Shown in pieces: positions 11,201 through 24,654 of a DNA stretch of 64,000 bases. Source of the stretch: Octopus vulgaris (lineage: Eukaryota); the NCBI GenBank assembly GCA_951406725.2, contig OX597834.1, positions 18,476,001 to 18,540,000 on the forward strand, read 5' to 3'. The position numbers were made by a program, and so were the translations under genes. The notes under the pieces are model-generated. The model saw only the letters and a list, made by a program, of their open reading frames with translations, had not been told where the DNA came from and ran no database searches. Each line of letters begins with the position of its first letter. The first letter of the stretch is position 1.

Positions 11201-14200
11201 GACATGGGGTCGAGAATCTAAGCTTTTTATATGCAACACATTTTCTGTCGGGAGACAGCTAGGAACATCGTATACATAGAAGTATTCGAGTGAAGAGAAG
11301 ACATTGCAACCTACACATGCGCCTTCGTTCCATGGAGGGAAAGAACTAGATTGAGATTAGTCGTTGCCTACTAGGGACTCTTACATACTCGGGCAACGCC
11401 GGGCTATGCTGCTAGTCTGCTATAAAACAATGACCAACATAAGTTTCCCTCTCACATTGTTGTGCCATAGCTATTAACATCATGGCCCTAAGCTCATGAT
11501 ATCAATATAGTCATTATATTGTGCCCTTAGGGAAAGTATAGAACCTTACTTGTTTCAGTCTGTCTAATCAATTGGAAGGTTCTACTACTACTTTGTGGTT
11601 GAGTAATTAGCAGAAAGAACTAAAACCAGATAGTTTTTTTTTTTTAAAGCATATACTCTTTTACTTGTTTCAGTCATTTGACTGTGGCCATGCTGGAGCA
11701 CCGCCTTTAATTGAGCAACACAAACCCGGGACTTATTCTTTTGTAAGCCCAGTACTTATTCTATCGGTCTCTTTTGCCGAACCACTAAGTAACGGGGACA
11801 TAAACACACCAGCATCGGTTGTCAAGCAATGCTAGGGGGACAAACACAGACACAAACACACACACACATATATATATACATATATACGACGGGCTTCTTT
11901 CGGTTTCCGTCTACCAAATCCACTCACAAGGCTTTGGTCGGCCCGAGGCTATAGTAGAAGACACTTGCCCAAGGTGCCACACACAGGGACTGAACCCGGA
12001 ACCATGTGGTTGGTAAACAAGCTACTTACCACACAGCCACTCCTGTGCATATGTAAAATATGAGTTTGTAAATTGTTGTAAAATAGTTTAATTCTTTGCC
12101 TGTCCTGTGTATCACCATTTGAAACACAGATCAAATTTCTTTGGCATCCATGCATCATATATGATACACGTTCCCACTTTTTTTCAACCACCAGAGTGAC
12201 TTGTGAGAGGAAAGCTTTATAATACTCAGTATTATGAAACAAGGGTTAACTAAAAGTCACAAAACAAACGTTGGACATTTGGGACAAACTTATGAAAATG
12301 CTTCAGACAAGCAACAGGTTAAAATATCTTCTGTGACACAGACAAATATTTATGGGTGCAGGTATTGCTGTGGGGTTAAAAGGTTCAATCTCATTGTATA
12401 TATATATATTTCTATATATATATTTTTTCCAGGATATTCGTAATTTTTCTATTGCTGTTGTTGGTGTTGGAGGTGTTGGCAGTGTGACAGCTGAAATGTT
12501 GACAAGATGTGGAATTGGAAAGGTATTTATTTGTTTTTATTGTTGTTTTGGTCATTATTAAAAATAAAAAAAAAAGGAAAACGCAGCTTCCCTTCCTTCT
12601 CCCCTTTCTCTTCTTCATATCAGCATGTAATCTTTGTCTTAAAATTATCCTGCAGTCTCTTGTTGGGGGTTATGCATGTACATACACATGTTTCAATGTA
12701 TCATCTGTTCAGACATAGATTATGTGTGTGTCATCATCATCATCATCATCATCATCTAGCGTCCGCTTTCCATGCTAGCATGGGTTGGACGGTTTAATTG
12801 GGGTCTGGGAGGCCAGAAGGCTGCACCAGGCCCAGTCTGATCTGGCAATGTTTCTATGGCTGGACGCCCTTCCTAACGCCAACCACTCCATGAGTGTAGT
12901 GGGTGCTTTTTATGTGTCAGACGGGGCTGGCGAACAGCCATGGTCAGATGGTGCTTTTTACGTGCCACCGGCACGGGGGCCAGGTGACGCTGGCAACGGC
13001 CATGATCGGATGGTGCTTTTTACGTGCCACCAGGATGCTGTGTTTGGTTATTCATTCAAATATATAGATATATTGTATATATAGTTTACTTTAATAAATT
13101 ATCTTCCTCTAGATCTCTCACTTGTTTGTTACCCAGAAACAAGGTTGGCAACCCAGTGTTTTCACAGGGTTTAAATTAAGACTTTCAGCTCCATAACTGT
13201 TATTTTGAACATTTAGTCAGTTGGATTAACTATACAGGTGACTAGGCCATATCCCATTCCATCAGATATTTTAAGTTTGTCAGCAGTAATTCCTGATGGA
13301 TCAAGGGTTTTCCCTGTTTTCACATCCTTAACTGCTTTATCTATCAAACTGTTGTCAACTAGAATGGCTGGCCCTCTATCAGATTAACATCTAGAAGATG
13401 CTTTCTCCACATTTAGCAGCCTTTCATAGTACTTTCATGTCTCTTTCTTTTCAGGATTGCTAAGTGCAACTGTTCTTTTATCCATCTATACACATTTCTT
13501 ATTTCTTTATTGCCCACAAGGGGCTAAACATAGAGGGGACAAATAAGAACAGACAAAGGGATTAAGTCGATTACATCGACCCCAGTTCGTAACTGATACT
13601 TAATTTATCAACCCTGAAAGGATGAAAGGCAAAGTCAACCTCGACGGAATTTGAACTCAGAACGTAGCGGCAGACAAAATACCTATTTCTTTACTACCCA
13701 CAAGGGGCTAAACACAGAGGGGGCAAACAAGGACAGACAAACGGATTAAGTCAATTACATTGACCCCAGTGCATAACTGGTACTTAATTTATCGACCCCA
13801 AAAGGATGAAAGGCAAAGTTGACCTCGGTGAAATTTGAACTCAGAACGTAGCGGCAGACAAAATACCACTAAGCATTTTGCCTGGCATGCTAACGTTTCT
13901 ACCAGCTCACCACCTTCTATACACATTTCTGTCACACAACATCTCAGTTTTCTCTGATATGCTGCTTTGCAATTCCAAACCCCTTATCCTGTGATCTGCA
14001 TGATGTAGAACATTAGCATACTTCTTTCTTTCTGTTTCTCCCTCAGCTAAATATACTAAATATACCTGTGTAGTAGCTTCTCTTCTAGCTATCTGGTGTA
14101 ATTCTCTGCTGTCACCATTCTTCAAAGCCTGTTTTCTTCATTTTTATGGGTCAGTCTATTTCATTGTTCCACTACCATGTCACTCTTGGTCTTGCTAAAA

Positions 14201-17200
14201 CTTTGCACCTGTTACAATTTTGGTCTGTTGCTCTCAGTAGGCTGTCCCATATGTTATGCATTCTTTCTTATGCATCTCCATCTCCTCCTCTTCATTCTCA
14301 TCAAATGCTTCAATTGGGACTTCTCTAAATCTTTGACTGCTTGATAGATCTTTAAACTTCTAGTCTTTCTTTTCCTGTCTGGCTTGTGTCTCTGAGTCCA
14401 TCTAGCTTTAAGAATCATCAGTTTACATTTGCTTTCCATCCTGGCATGTATAACTCCATGAGATTCAATGAATTGGAATGGAATTTTAGTATAGTTTCTG
14501 TGGCTGGTTGCTTTTCTTAATACAAGCCATTTTGGAGAGTGTACTGGGTGTATTTTTTTCATGCCACTAGTAGTATATATATATGTGTGTGTGTTATAGT
14601 GATATGTGTATACACACATACACTAATTTCTGTTTGACCATCAGTCTCAACCAAGAGATGACCTGGACTGATCAACATGAGATCTAATATTTTGTGCATT
14701 CTCTGTTTCAGTTAATTTTGTTTGACTATGATAAAGTAGAGCTGGCCAATATGAACAGGCTATTTTACCAACCTCATCAAGCTGGAATGAGTAAAGTTGA
14801 AGCAGCTGAGAGAACATTGAAGTATGTTATCTTACCTTTTTTTCTTTTCTTACACTCAATTTGCTTGCAAATATCATTTTGCATAACTGTTGTCCTTGTT
14901 TTTGTTGTTATATGGCCACAGTGTCTTTTTATCATTTGCTTTTTCCCTTGTGTTGGAGTAAAGCGAACAAGTCTATAATTAAACAAATTAGTTCAAACCA
15001 TGACTACCCCATCTTATTTCAGGATGAGTGGATCACTAAGTGCATTTTCCTATTTACATTTTAAGACGGTAGGGTGTTGTTTAGAGAAGATTTGGCTGTC
15101 TTTTACTAGTTTGTGTGGGTATACAGAGACTGGCTTAAAGGATCATAGTCAAGGGTAGTAATTATGAAGCATTTGCACTGCTGTTGATTACAGCAATTAA
15201 AAAGTAAAGAAGATATCAGGAACTGTTTGTGAGCTGAACAGACTTGATTATTGTCACATTAAATGTTCTCTCTGTAGTTTTCAATTGTACACAAATTCCC
15301 AGGCACAAGACGAGCAGATTTCATTGCTGGGTGAGATTTGGAAGATGAAATATTGGGAAAGAGAAAGTTGGAGTTATTACAATAATTGACTTGAGATCTG
15401 AGTGATCTGTTAGAATATTTATGACTAGTCTTTTCTGTATAAGTACCTTGTTCTGTCTGTTTGCAGAGAAATCAATCCTGATGTGCAATTTGAAGTCTTT
15501 AATTACAACATTACTACAATGGACAACTTTCAACATTTTATGAACAAAATTAAGTAAGTCTTCTTAAATTTTTAACATGCTATTTGGGTTTTATTATGGA
15601 AGGTAGCATCAAGAGAGTTGCAGGTTAAATGCCTTGCAAGATTTAAAAACGCCATTTTAAATTCTGAGTTCAAATTCCAATAAGGTTAACTTTGCATTTC
15701 AACTCTGTAAGGTCAGTAAAATAAATACCAATCTAATACTAGCATTAATTTAATCACATGTACCTGTCTGAAAAATGCATAGCCATATGTTAAGTTTAAA
15801 CACAGCACATCCATTTAAGGTATTATCTCTTGATGAATACTGTAGTAAATTTGCTTTTTCACAATGTATTTACATTAAGTATGATACACATATGGCTAGT
15901 TTAATCTACTATTGCTTCTGTTGTATTTAATGGATTTTATTCGGCCTGGTGGCTAATTGCAGCACCAGTGATTGTTCATCATTGTTTTTCTGTATTATAG
16001 CAATGGATTTTGTCTTAGCAGTGAGTACATGCTACTAACAAATCTCAACAAGGCAGAAATGTACATCTAGCATCCTCACTGGTGGATGATTTCTGTCTAC
16101 TACTGATATATTTGTGTTTCAAGCACAGTCTATTCATAAGAGATATTATCTCCAGACAAATGCCACAGTAAATTTGCTTTTTCACAATGTATTTACATTA
16201 AATATGATACACAGACAGCTATTTTAATTTACTACTGCTTCTGTTGCATATGACAGAAAGATATATAATAATAATAATAATAATATGAGGGGATATTATT
16301 CCAAACTTACAGGGAAAAATTCAATTTCAACTAAATGAAATTTCACAAAATATAATATATATATATGAATTAGAAAAAACAAACACCTTTTATCAATTCA
16401 ATAAGGAAAAAAAATTATACCATTTAGAAAAATTACATATTATAGAAAGATTAAATATAAGATAAAACATATAACAATGATTAAGTAATGTGCAAAATAG
16501 TAAATAAAACGTATAACACATACACTCATACATTTGTTTACTTTTTACATCAGAACTGGTGGAAAAACTGAAAATTCTCCTGTGGATTTAGTTCTGAGTT
16601 GTGTTGATAATTTTGAAGCAAGAATGGCTATCAATACTGTAAGTATCTTAAAACTATTTGTTAAATTCTTGGGAACTTGAGTTCATAGAATTGCCACCCT
16701 GGGTCTTTAATAAATATTATAATAAATATTTCGTTTTTCATTTGACAGGCTTGTAATGAATTAGGTCAAGTTTGGATAGAGTCTGGAGTAAGTGAAAATG
16801 CTGTGTCTGGACACATTCAGCTTGTCATTCCAGGAGAGACCCCATGCTTTGCTGTAAGTTACTGTAACCCCTTTTTTTTCCATTTCATTATTGTAACATT
16901 CTTTTTAATATCTTTTGTTTTCTGTTTGTGTGTGTGTCTAACTTCAAGAACATTTTATATTCCATCTCTTGATACGCATCTTTTTATGTCCAACTAAAAC
17001 AAAAAAAAATCTTTAATCTCTTTTACATTTTACAGCTATTTAATTTTGGAGAGAAAAAAGACATTGGTACATTTCTACATATAACTCTCAGATGGACTAG
17101 ATTTGATTTTTTTTTAAAATCATGTTTACTTTTGGCAGTTATGAATAAATTAGTCAGTTATGTTTCATTCTGTGAATCTGTATGCACACACGTTCTTGTA

Positions 17201-20200
17201 CACACACACACACATGCATGAATATACATACACATATAAATATAAACTTCATAGTTATGCTGTATAAGTGTTATTTAAGAAATAATTGTGTGTTTGAATT
17301 ATATTTTACTAATGGAGCCCATGGAAATCCCATCATCACCATCATCATTTGATGTCTGTTGTCCATGCTGACATGGGTTGGATGGTTTGACTGGACTGGC
17401 ATGCTGGAAGGCTGCACCAGACTCCAGTTTGATTTGGCATGATTTTCTATGGCTAACACCAACCACTCTAAGAATGTAATAGGTGCTTTTACATGCTACT
17501 GGCATGGGTGCCATTTCAATGACACTGGGGTGCTTTTACGTGCCACTGGTATGTGCAATGACTGTAATTTTGCTTGGTTTGATAGCTCGTCTTCTCAGAC
17601 ATGACATAATGTCAGAGGTCTTGGCCATTGCCTCCGTGAGGCCCAACACTCGAAAGGAAGCTATGTTTTATAAATTTTCTTATATTTTGATGCATAAATT
17701 TATAGTTCTAAATAACATTGTTTCATTATTGTAAATGTTTAAATTTTGGTTTAAGATTGTTGAAAGCATAACACTTGAACTTGTTTCATTGTGATTAAGA
17801 TTTCGATTATGTCTTAAATTTTGTACTGTAGTTAAGGTTGTTTAAAGAAAAACACTTGAGCACATTTATGGAGGTAAATTACCATGCCAGTGCCTACTAT
17901 ATATATATATATAAATAAAGGAAAAAAAATCCCAAAGCCTCTGGAAACAAAAAACACAGGGTATAAAACTTCAGCTACACTACAGTTAAGTAAAAAATAA
18001 ATAGTCAAAACTATGGTTGTTAAACTTTTGCTCTGTCATCTTTGGTTTCAGCTGGCGAAATTTTTTTACATTGTGATTAAACTAGAGTTGAATAGGCGCA
18101 GAAACTTGTTATGTTTCCATGTGACTTGCCTTTCAAGACCATTAACACAGGATGAGTTATGGATAAATAATACATGGTTTGATGTCATATACAGTTGTTC
18201 ACTAAAATTAGGTCCAAGAGAGCCTTTTGCAGCAACTAAGGATATATGATATATACATGCCATCATGTGTGTGTGTGTTGCTTGTTATATTTATTTTTTT
18301 CTTTTTACTTCAATCAAGTGTGCCCCTCCTTTGGTTGTTGCAACTAAAACTGATGAAAAGACATTAAAGAGAGAGGGTGTCTGTGCTGCTAGCCTTCCTA
18401 CCACCATGGCAATTGTTGCTGGTTTCCTTGTACAGAATACTTTAAAGTAAGTAAGGATTTCTTTTCTCTTTTCTAAAACATGATGATATACTGTATCTGC
18501 CTGTCCTTATTGTTTACTGGTATTTATTTAATTAAACTTACTGAATTTAATGATCTAGTTAATCTACAGCAACTTCTGAACACAGTTTTGAGAGGTACCT
18601 CTTCAAACACCCTAAAGTACTGCTCTTAAAGTACTCACTTTAAGATCAAGTGATTTTAAAATTTTGCAATGGTTGATGTATAACCCTTAGTATAAATATT
18701 TCCAGTTTAATTGAAGTCTTCTCATCTATGGTACAGCTGAAACCTTAAACTGTATGAGTTGTATCATGATATAAATGTGAGGAAGTACAAGACTTTAGCT
18801 ATACTATAGGTATGTACTAAGGCTTAAAATAGCCAAACTATAGATGTTTCAGTAAGATCTGAACTTTTCATTGTAGTCAGTAATCTATAACCTTTTGTCT
18901 TTTACATGCAAACTTTCATGATTGCATTAATTGATGGAGCATTTTGTTTTTATGATTATTTTCTTTAGAAACTGATTACTCCTCTGGCTCAGTCTGTGAT
19001 GTGTGAGTAAACTGTAAAGCTAATAAGTAATTTATTTCACATAGAGGTTAGAGGTGAAATATATAGAATCAAATGTCTGGATTTTCTGATCAATTATTTA
19101 AAATCTTCCTTAAATCCTTAAAAATGTTTTAGCCCAAAGGCCGCGGCCATGCTGGGGCACCACCGCTGGTATATTATTTGTATATTTTTTCATGAGAAAT
19201 TCATGATATTCATGTCTCTTCCAAAAACTTTCCCGACATAAGTGAAGGGAAATGGTTTCAACCAGGAATTTAAAACAGAACATCCACATCGCTCACCAAA
19301 TACTGTTTTGGATAACTTAAAGGTTTCCAGTTTCAACTCTCTACCTTTTGGTATCATTCAACTTACAAGAAATAGCAGCGAAATCTTTTCTTTCCATCTT
19401 ATATCAAGAAAGGACACATAAGATAAATGAAGCTCAAGACTTGACCATAAAAGAGAGAGGGTGGTCATAACTGGAATATCTTTAAATATTATTTCATGAT
19501 TAGGGTTGACTTGCGGATATGCAACAACTCTTCCATTATCATAAAACAATACGATTCTATGCTGGCATGGCAACCTATTTCAAGAAGTGGACCCATGAAA
19601 CAGGGCTCTTCATCAGGTAGGCTACATTACTAAAAAGATTAGAGGTAATTTTTCGTTTGGCATGCCATTCAGAAAGTTCTGCAGTTTGCAGTTTGCCCAT
19701 AACAGCTCAACTTGATAAAATTAGCAGCTAAACAAACCTTCAAATCACATTCTACCATGGCCTAAAAAAGAAGGGTCATTGGATAGTCACTGAAAGGAAG
19801 ACAAGAAAATCACAACTAGAACAGCTTTTATTATTTTTGCTCAATGAGGACTGACTTGGAACTAAATAACAGCAAATCTGTTATTATTTCAAAAATGGAT
19901 TTGTTGTTAATTCGTATTTATCTCTTTACACAGATATCTCCTGAAATTTGGAACAGTCACTCCTTACCTTGGCTACAATGCTCTTGAAGACTTTTTCCCA
20001 ACAATGAGAATGAAACCAAACCCTCAGTGTGATGATAGATTCTGTCTTAAACAACAAGAAGAATACAAGGTGAGAAAACGTCTTAGTGATAACAATATAA
20101 AAAAAGATAAATTCTCTCTCCTGTATATTAAACAGTGTTCTCATTTGGTGCACCATAACATATAGCTAGGTGTGTTGTGAAAATAAGAAAACTATATTTA

Positions 20201-22055
20201 GAAAGTTAATTATACATATATTCTTTAATTCACTGCTTGTATGTAATCGGTAAGGTTTAGTTAATGTTCTATTGTTTCATTATTTCCAGAAAAGAGAAGC
20301 TTTGAAACCAAAAGAAGTTTTACTTGAAGTAGAAGAGTCCCCAGTTGAACATGAAGAAAATGAATGGAGTAAGTTAAGTTCGTCATGTAAAATTTGGATT
20401 ATATCTCTCCTACTTTTTACTAGTTTTAAGTTTTGTTTTGTTATATTGTATGAAATGACTATGAAGTTAAAACGTATGTGCTTATATATGACAGTTGGTG
20501 TGTTGTTTGTATGAGACAGAATAAGAAAAAAATGTTCAGTTTTAATATTCAGTGATAGAAAACTAGCAAGTGGTAGAAGTACCAGATTAAATGTCTTACA
20601 CTTATTAGTTTTCTCCCTGTGTTATTATTCTGAGTTCTAATTCTGATAGGATCAATTTTTTGCTCTTCTTTCATCCAGAGGCAGATAAATAATACACAAG
20701 TTGATTCAATTCATTAGACTTTGTGTTATTGTGTTATTGTAAAGAGAAAGAGGAAAAAAAAAACAATGTTGGGATAGGGTATAGTTGATTAAATCATCCC
20801 TAGTATTTGACCTATACTCTAATTCACTGATCCCAGAAGAATAAATGTAGAGTCATCCTCTGCTGAATTTGAACCCTGAATGCTGTTGGAAACACATACT
20901 TCAAGATACTTTGTTCAACACTTTACTGAGTCTACTAATCCACAGTTCTAATTAATAAATCAATCAATAATAATGATGGTTTCTAATATTGATGATGATA
21001 ATGATATTAAGGTAATATAAGATTTCTTCTTTAATTCCTCAGAAATAGAACTGGTATCTGAAACAAGTGAAGAGGAGCTGAAGGCAGCTACAGGAGACAC
21101 ACCAATTCTTAGTGAAGGACTCAAGTTGGCATATACTGTTCCAGATAACAATGTAAGAACAGTTTAAGATATTCCCTTTTGTTCTTCACATGTTAATTTT
21201 ACTATGATGATTTTGTTAAAGGACTTTACAATTTGTAGATGAATTATTTGTTAAGGGAGAAAGAGTTAGAGACCTACAATGACATGACCCTTTTTGTTAG
21301 TAACACAGCTGAGATCACCTCAAGTTATGTTCCAAAAACCAAAATAACGATAAATTCAATTAGTTTATTAAATCCTTCCAAATTATCGTCAAAATTAATT
21401 TGGAAAATATTAGTGTATTTTATCAGGGTTAAGTGTACTAAGCTGAATTGGATTCAGTGAACCATAATATTCATAATGATCATCATCAAGACTTTTACGA
21501 TCTTGTTATTATCACAGGTGTGGTTGTTGTTTAGTGCCCTGGAACATCTATGGTCAAATGTGCCCCAGTTTTGTCCATTCTTCTTTTATTATTTTTTAGG
21601 TATTGTATATCTGTGACCCCCATTATCTACCCCATCAGATAAATTTCTTCAGAATGCTTAGATACATTTAGCATGAAGTGACGAAAAGAACAAAGTTAGG
21701 TTTTTCAGTTTATGGTCATGATCAAGAAAAACAAGACAAATGGACTTTGTCCATCTTTAGTACTTCTTTGTTTTCGAATTTCTTTTGACTCCTCAAAGTA
21801 AAAATTACAACTAATTACAAAATTGTCTTTTTTTTCCTTAGATGAACACGCAAACTTAACCAAATAATAACCTGAAATATTTCTCTCCCCATCTCTCTGA
21901 ATGTTTCTGTCCTATTTTCTTCTGATAATTCTCTGGTCATCATAAAAATATTTTTCCATTACTGGTTTTTATTTCAGACGTCAGGAAAAGATGCAACTGT
22001 CGAAACATCAGGAGTTAGCATAGACGACTTAATGTCTCAGCTGAAGTCTATGTAG
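8064..22055 (+). CDS. UBA5: UBA5, ubiquitin-like modifier-activating enzyme 5 (UFM1 E1); whole gene span, 12 coding exons, 1197 nt, 398 aa
   Basis: Joined exons read [10 protein letters not shown]...[22 protein letters not shown]...[10 protein letters not shown] (Gly-rich ATP-binding motif)...[15 protein letters not shown]...[12 protein letters not shown]...CFACAPP...VCAASLPTT (catalytic Cys)...[10 protein letters not shown] (Zn ligands)...EWKIELVSE...[12 protein letters not shown]. All introns are GT-AG and phases are consistent. Confidence 0.97.
10734..10779 (+). CDS. UBA5: UBA5 coding exon 2
   Basis: cag|T CGA TTA ATG... = [16 protein letters not shown]; donor gtgagt. Confidence 0.95.
11016..11415 (+). 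mobile_element. Non-autonomous Helitron (400 bp) in UBA5 intron 2
   Basis: A|TCTCTCTATATATAA... 5' end, subterminal hairpin CTCGGGCAACGCCGGG, CTAG|T 3' end, no TSD. Confidence 0.8.
11655..12050 (-). mobile_element. CORE-type SINE in UBA5 intron 2
   Basis: Near-identical to the 4210-4766 copy. Confidence 0.8.
12433..12522 (+). CDS. UBA5: UBA5 coding exon 3
   Basis: [30 protein letters not shown]; ccag| acceptor, |gtattt donor. Confidence 0.96.
12731..13035 (-). mobile_element. SINE with RTE-like (GAT)n tail
   Basis: (CAT)n-GTCCGCTTTCCATGCTAGCATGGGTTGGACGG...GCCCTTCCTAACGCCAACC; further copies at ~17330, 46580, 55375, 59262 and 63302. Confidence 0.7.
13210..14350 (-). mobile_element. Degraded RTE-clade LINE fragment interrupted by a SINE dimer
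   Basis: Minus reading [10 protein letters not shown]...[23 protein letters not shown]...SGITADKLK, the region preceding RT in RTE elements. Confidence 0.65.
13500..13915 (-). mobile_element. Dimeric Nin-domain SINE with 15-bp TSD
   Basis: 184-bp unit repeated; flanked by TCTATACACATTTCT at 13485-13499 and 13916-13930. Confidence 0.85.
14712..14821 (+). CDS. UBA5: UBA5 coding exon 4
   Basis: [36 protein letters not shown]; donor gtatgt. Confidence 0.96.
15467..15553 (+). CDS. UBA5: UBA5 coding exon 5
   Basis: [28 protein letters not shown]; donor gtaagt. Confidence 0.95.
16554..16638 (+). CDS. UBA5: UBA5 coding exon 6
   Basis: [28 protein letters not shown]; donor gtaagt. Confidence 0.95.
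16749..16853 (+). CDS. UBA5: UBA5 coding exon 7
   Basis: [35 protein letters not shown]; donor gtaagt. Confidence 0.96.
18319..18446 (+). CDS. UBA5: UBA5 coding exon 8 (catalytic Cys)
   Basis: [42 protein letters not shown]; AAG acceptor, gtaagt donor. Confidence 0.95.
19934..20069 (+). CDS. UBA5: UBA5 coding exon 9
   Basis: [45 protein letters not shown]; donor gtgaga. Confidence 0.96.
20290..20368 (+). CDS. UBA5: UBA5 coding exon 10
   Basis: [26 protein letters not shown]; donor gtaagt. Confidence 0.92.
21043..21152 (+). CDS. UBA5: UBA5 coding exon 11
   Basis: (K)[36 protein letters not shown]; donor gtaaga. Confidence 0.92.
21978..22055 (+). CDS. UBA5: UBA5 coding exon 12 (UFC1-binding C-terminus, stop)
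   Basis: [25 protein letters not shown], resembling the vertebrate SLEDLMAKMKNM end. Confidence 0.92.
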   Translation, partial: TSGKDATVETSGVSIDDLMSQLKSM

Positions 22056-22077
22056 TTGTTGTTGCTCTCCACTTTAT

Positions 22078-22083
22078 AATAAA
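22078..22083 (+). terminator. Candidate proximal polyadenylation signal of UBA5
   Basis: AATAAA about 20 nt after the stop; further AATAAA copies near 22967, 23030, 23243 and 23419 could be distal sites. Confidence 0.45.
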
Positions 22084-24654
22084 TGAAATACAAAACCTGT
22101 CTATTGAAGAACACCAGAACTGATTTGATTGTGCTGAATACATGGCTCTTTGAGATGATGTTCTAAGACCATTCTTAATTTCTCTGAGATATAATAATTT
22201 GTAATATATATTTATACAGTTGTGATCATAATTTTAAAATGAATGCTACTGATGTATTCATGTGTTACTATCTACCAGTTATGCTGTGCATGACTTTTAC
22301 ATTCCTGAACACCAGCTTGATAATAACTACTATTCTTGCCAATTTGGAATGCAATCATAAAATGAAGATGAAGATCAACACCAAAACCAGTGGATAACCA
22401 AAAGGGTACCAAGGGTATCTTTCTGACAACACATATATGCACACATACATGTATATATGCTTATTTGAAAACATTTTCTTCAATTTATAACGTAAGTTAT
22501 TTAACTAATTTATAAAATTGGAAGAGGGTGGAGAATCAGTTGGACTTAGAAAAATATCCAACTGAAAATTATGCTTTTGTATTCCTGCATTAACTAATGA
22601 AAAAACCAGGGCAACAGGTCTTTTCTAAAAACTTGCTGTCATGGTTGTATCAACCTGTAGTCTTTTTAAGTTGTTCATTAATATGTTTTCAGTTTCTTAC
22701 ATCTATTCAATTGTTATCTTCTCAGTTGCTAACTTGGCTTTTAAATCCTTCAGCTGTACTTTAAAGGAAGTTCACTGTATGACTAACAGATCTGGCAGGT
22801 GTTTCTGAAAAGTTTCTCATGAAATGTTTGCCACAAAATCATTGTCAATTCTATGATTGACATCAGTGTAATATAATGTCTTTAATAACATTTCACACAT
22901 ATACACAAACATTTGGTTGGTTGAGAGTTGATTTCTCCCATTTACAATGTCTTCATATTCCAGCAGAATAAAATCAACTGTTTTTACCCTATCAAAGAGG
23001 GGAATTAACAGATGTTATTACTTGGCAAAAATAAAATAAAAATTAGCAGGCAACAGTAATACACCTGATTATACATTTAAAATGTGTTATATATATATCA
23101 GTGGAAGATTATGTGGATCATACAGGAAGGTCAAAATTCTCACAATACCATTGATATGTATCATTTACAAAAGAAAGGCATATGTTCCCTTTTTTTTTTT
23201 CCTAGGTAATGTTAGACCATATGTAGCCTGTCTTATTCACCCAATAAAATTCTTGATTGAATTTACCTGCACTGTATAAATTTTGTAGTTTTTACTTAAA
23301 GCCAGTCATTTCCAGCTGGGTTGAACAAATATTTTTCTCAACAGCACTAGAGTTATGGGTATATTTCTTCAATATGCATTATTTAAAAAAACCTGCTAAC
23401 TGTATAAATTATTTCAGGAATAAAAGTAAGTCTTGTTAAAATCTTTCTTCAGTAAAAAATATGGAAATTTCTCTTTGCAAAACAACAAAAATCTAACAAA
23501 GCATTCACCTTCTTTATAGCTAATTCATTACACAGGTGGTGGTTGTTTAAACCCACATCAGTGAGTAAACATTCCACCCACAACTATTCTGTCTTTTTAG
23601 GGGTGTATAGGACAACATTGTCTAATGTGATCTTTTTTTTACCCCAAGATAGTAACGTGATGTATGAGAGATTTGGCTGCTATTCTTAGCAGGTTAAGAA
23701 AACATGTAAAAGCACACTTATGGGTAGATAAATCTGATGTCAAAGGGATGCAGGGTTTAATTAAAGCAGGTTGGCTTCAAAACTCCAAATTATAACCTAC
23801 CAAGCAACAAGATGATTAAATAATTTAGAATAATTATGTTTTTATTGTTATTATATAATTTGCATGAAGATTAGCTACCTGAGAGATATGGATCCAAAAC
23901 TTCCAATATTGGGTGTTTATTTGACAGGAGATTTGTTAGAGATTGCTAATTAATGGAAGTACCACAGCAGTTCACTTGCTGAATGTAATGTGAAACATGA
24001 TTTTCACCCACATCCTTTCTTTCAATGTCATTTCAAGTGTTATAAATAAAATATATTAACCAGATACAGCTTAAAGGAAGTTTCTGATGGTGCACAAGTG
24101 AGATGACAGAAGATAATAATGAGTAGCAGAGTTGTCAGCTGCGAGAAAACAATGCTGTTATGTACATGTGATGCATATGAAGGATAACAACTGGACTCTG
24201 AAGGCTCAGTTGATCCAAGCTGAAGGAGCCTACAGAAGAGGATGACAAGTAATGAAATACTGTGCCAGAGCAGAGCCATCCAACTCATGCCAAGATGGAA
24301 AAACAGACATAAAATGATGAGGTAGCCATCATTGAACCACTCTTAATGATGAACAGTCCTACAATGGCTTGAGTGTAAATCTGACAATTTAACAGTATCT
24401 CTAAGCATTGTTCATGATATCCAAGAGAAAGATTTCAGTGTAAGGTGCTATCTTATTAGAATGAAGTGATCAATAATAATGAATGTGAGGAGGATTGCAG
24501 ATGATTTTAACCATCCCTGCTTTATCCCTGGTATATATTTTATTGAAACTGGAAGGATAAAAAGCAAAGCCGATAGGTAGAATTTTAAGTAAAAGCACAT
24601 GGGATTGTAATAATATATTGCAAGACAACCAGTTACCATCTCAACACCCTGATA

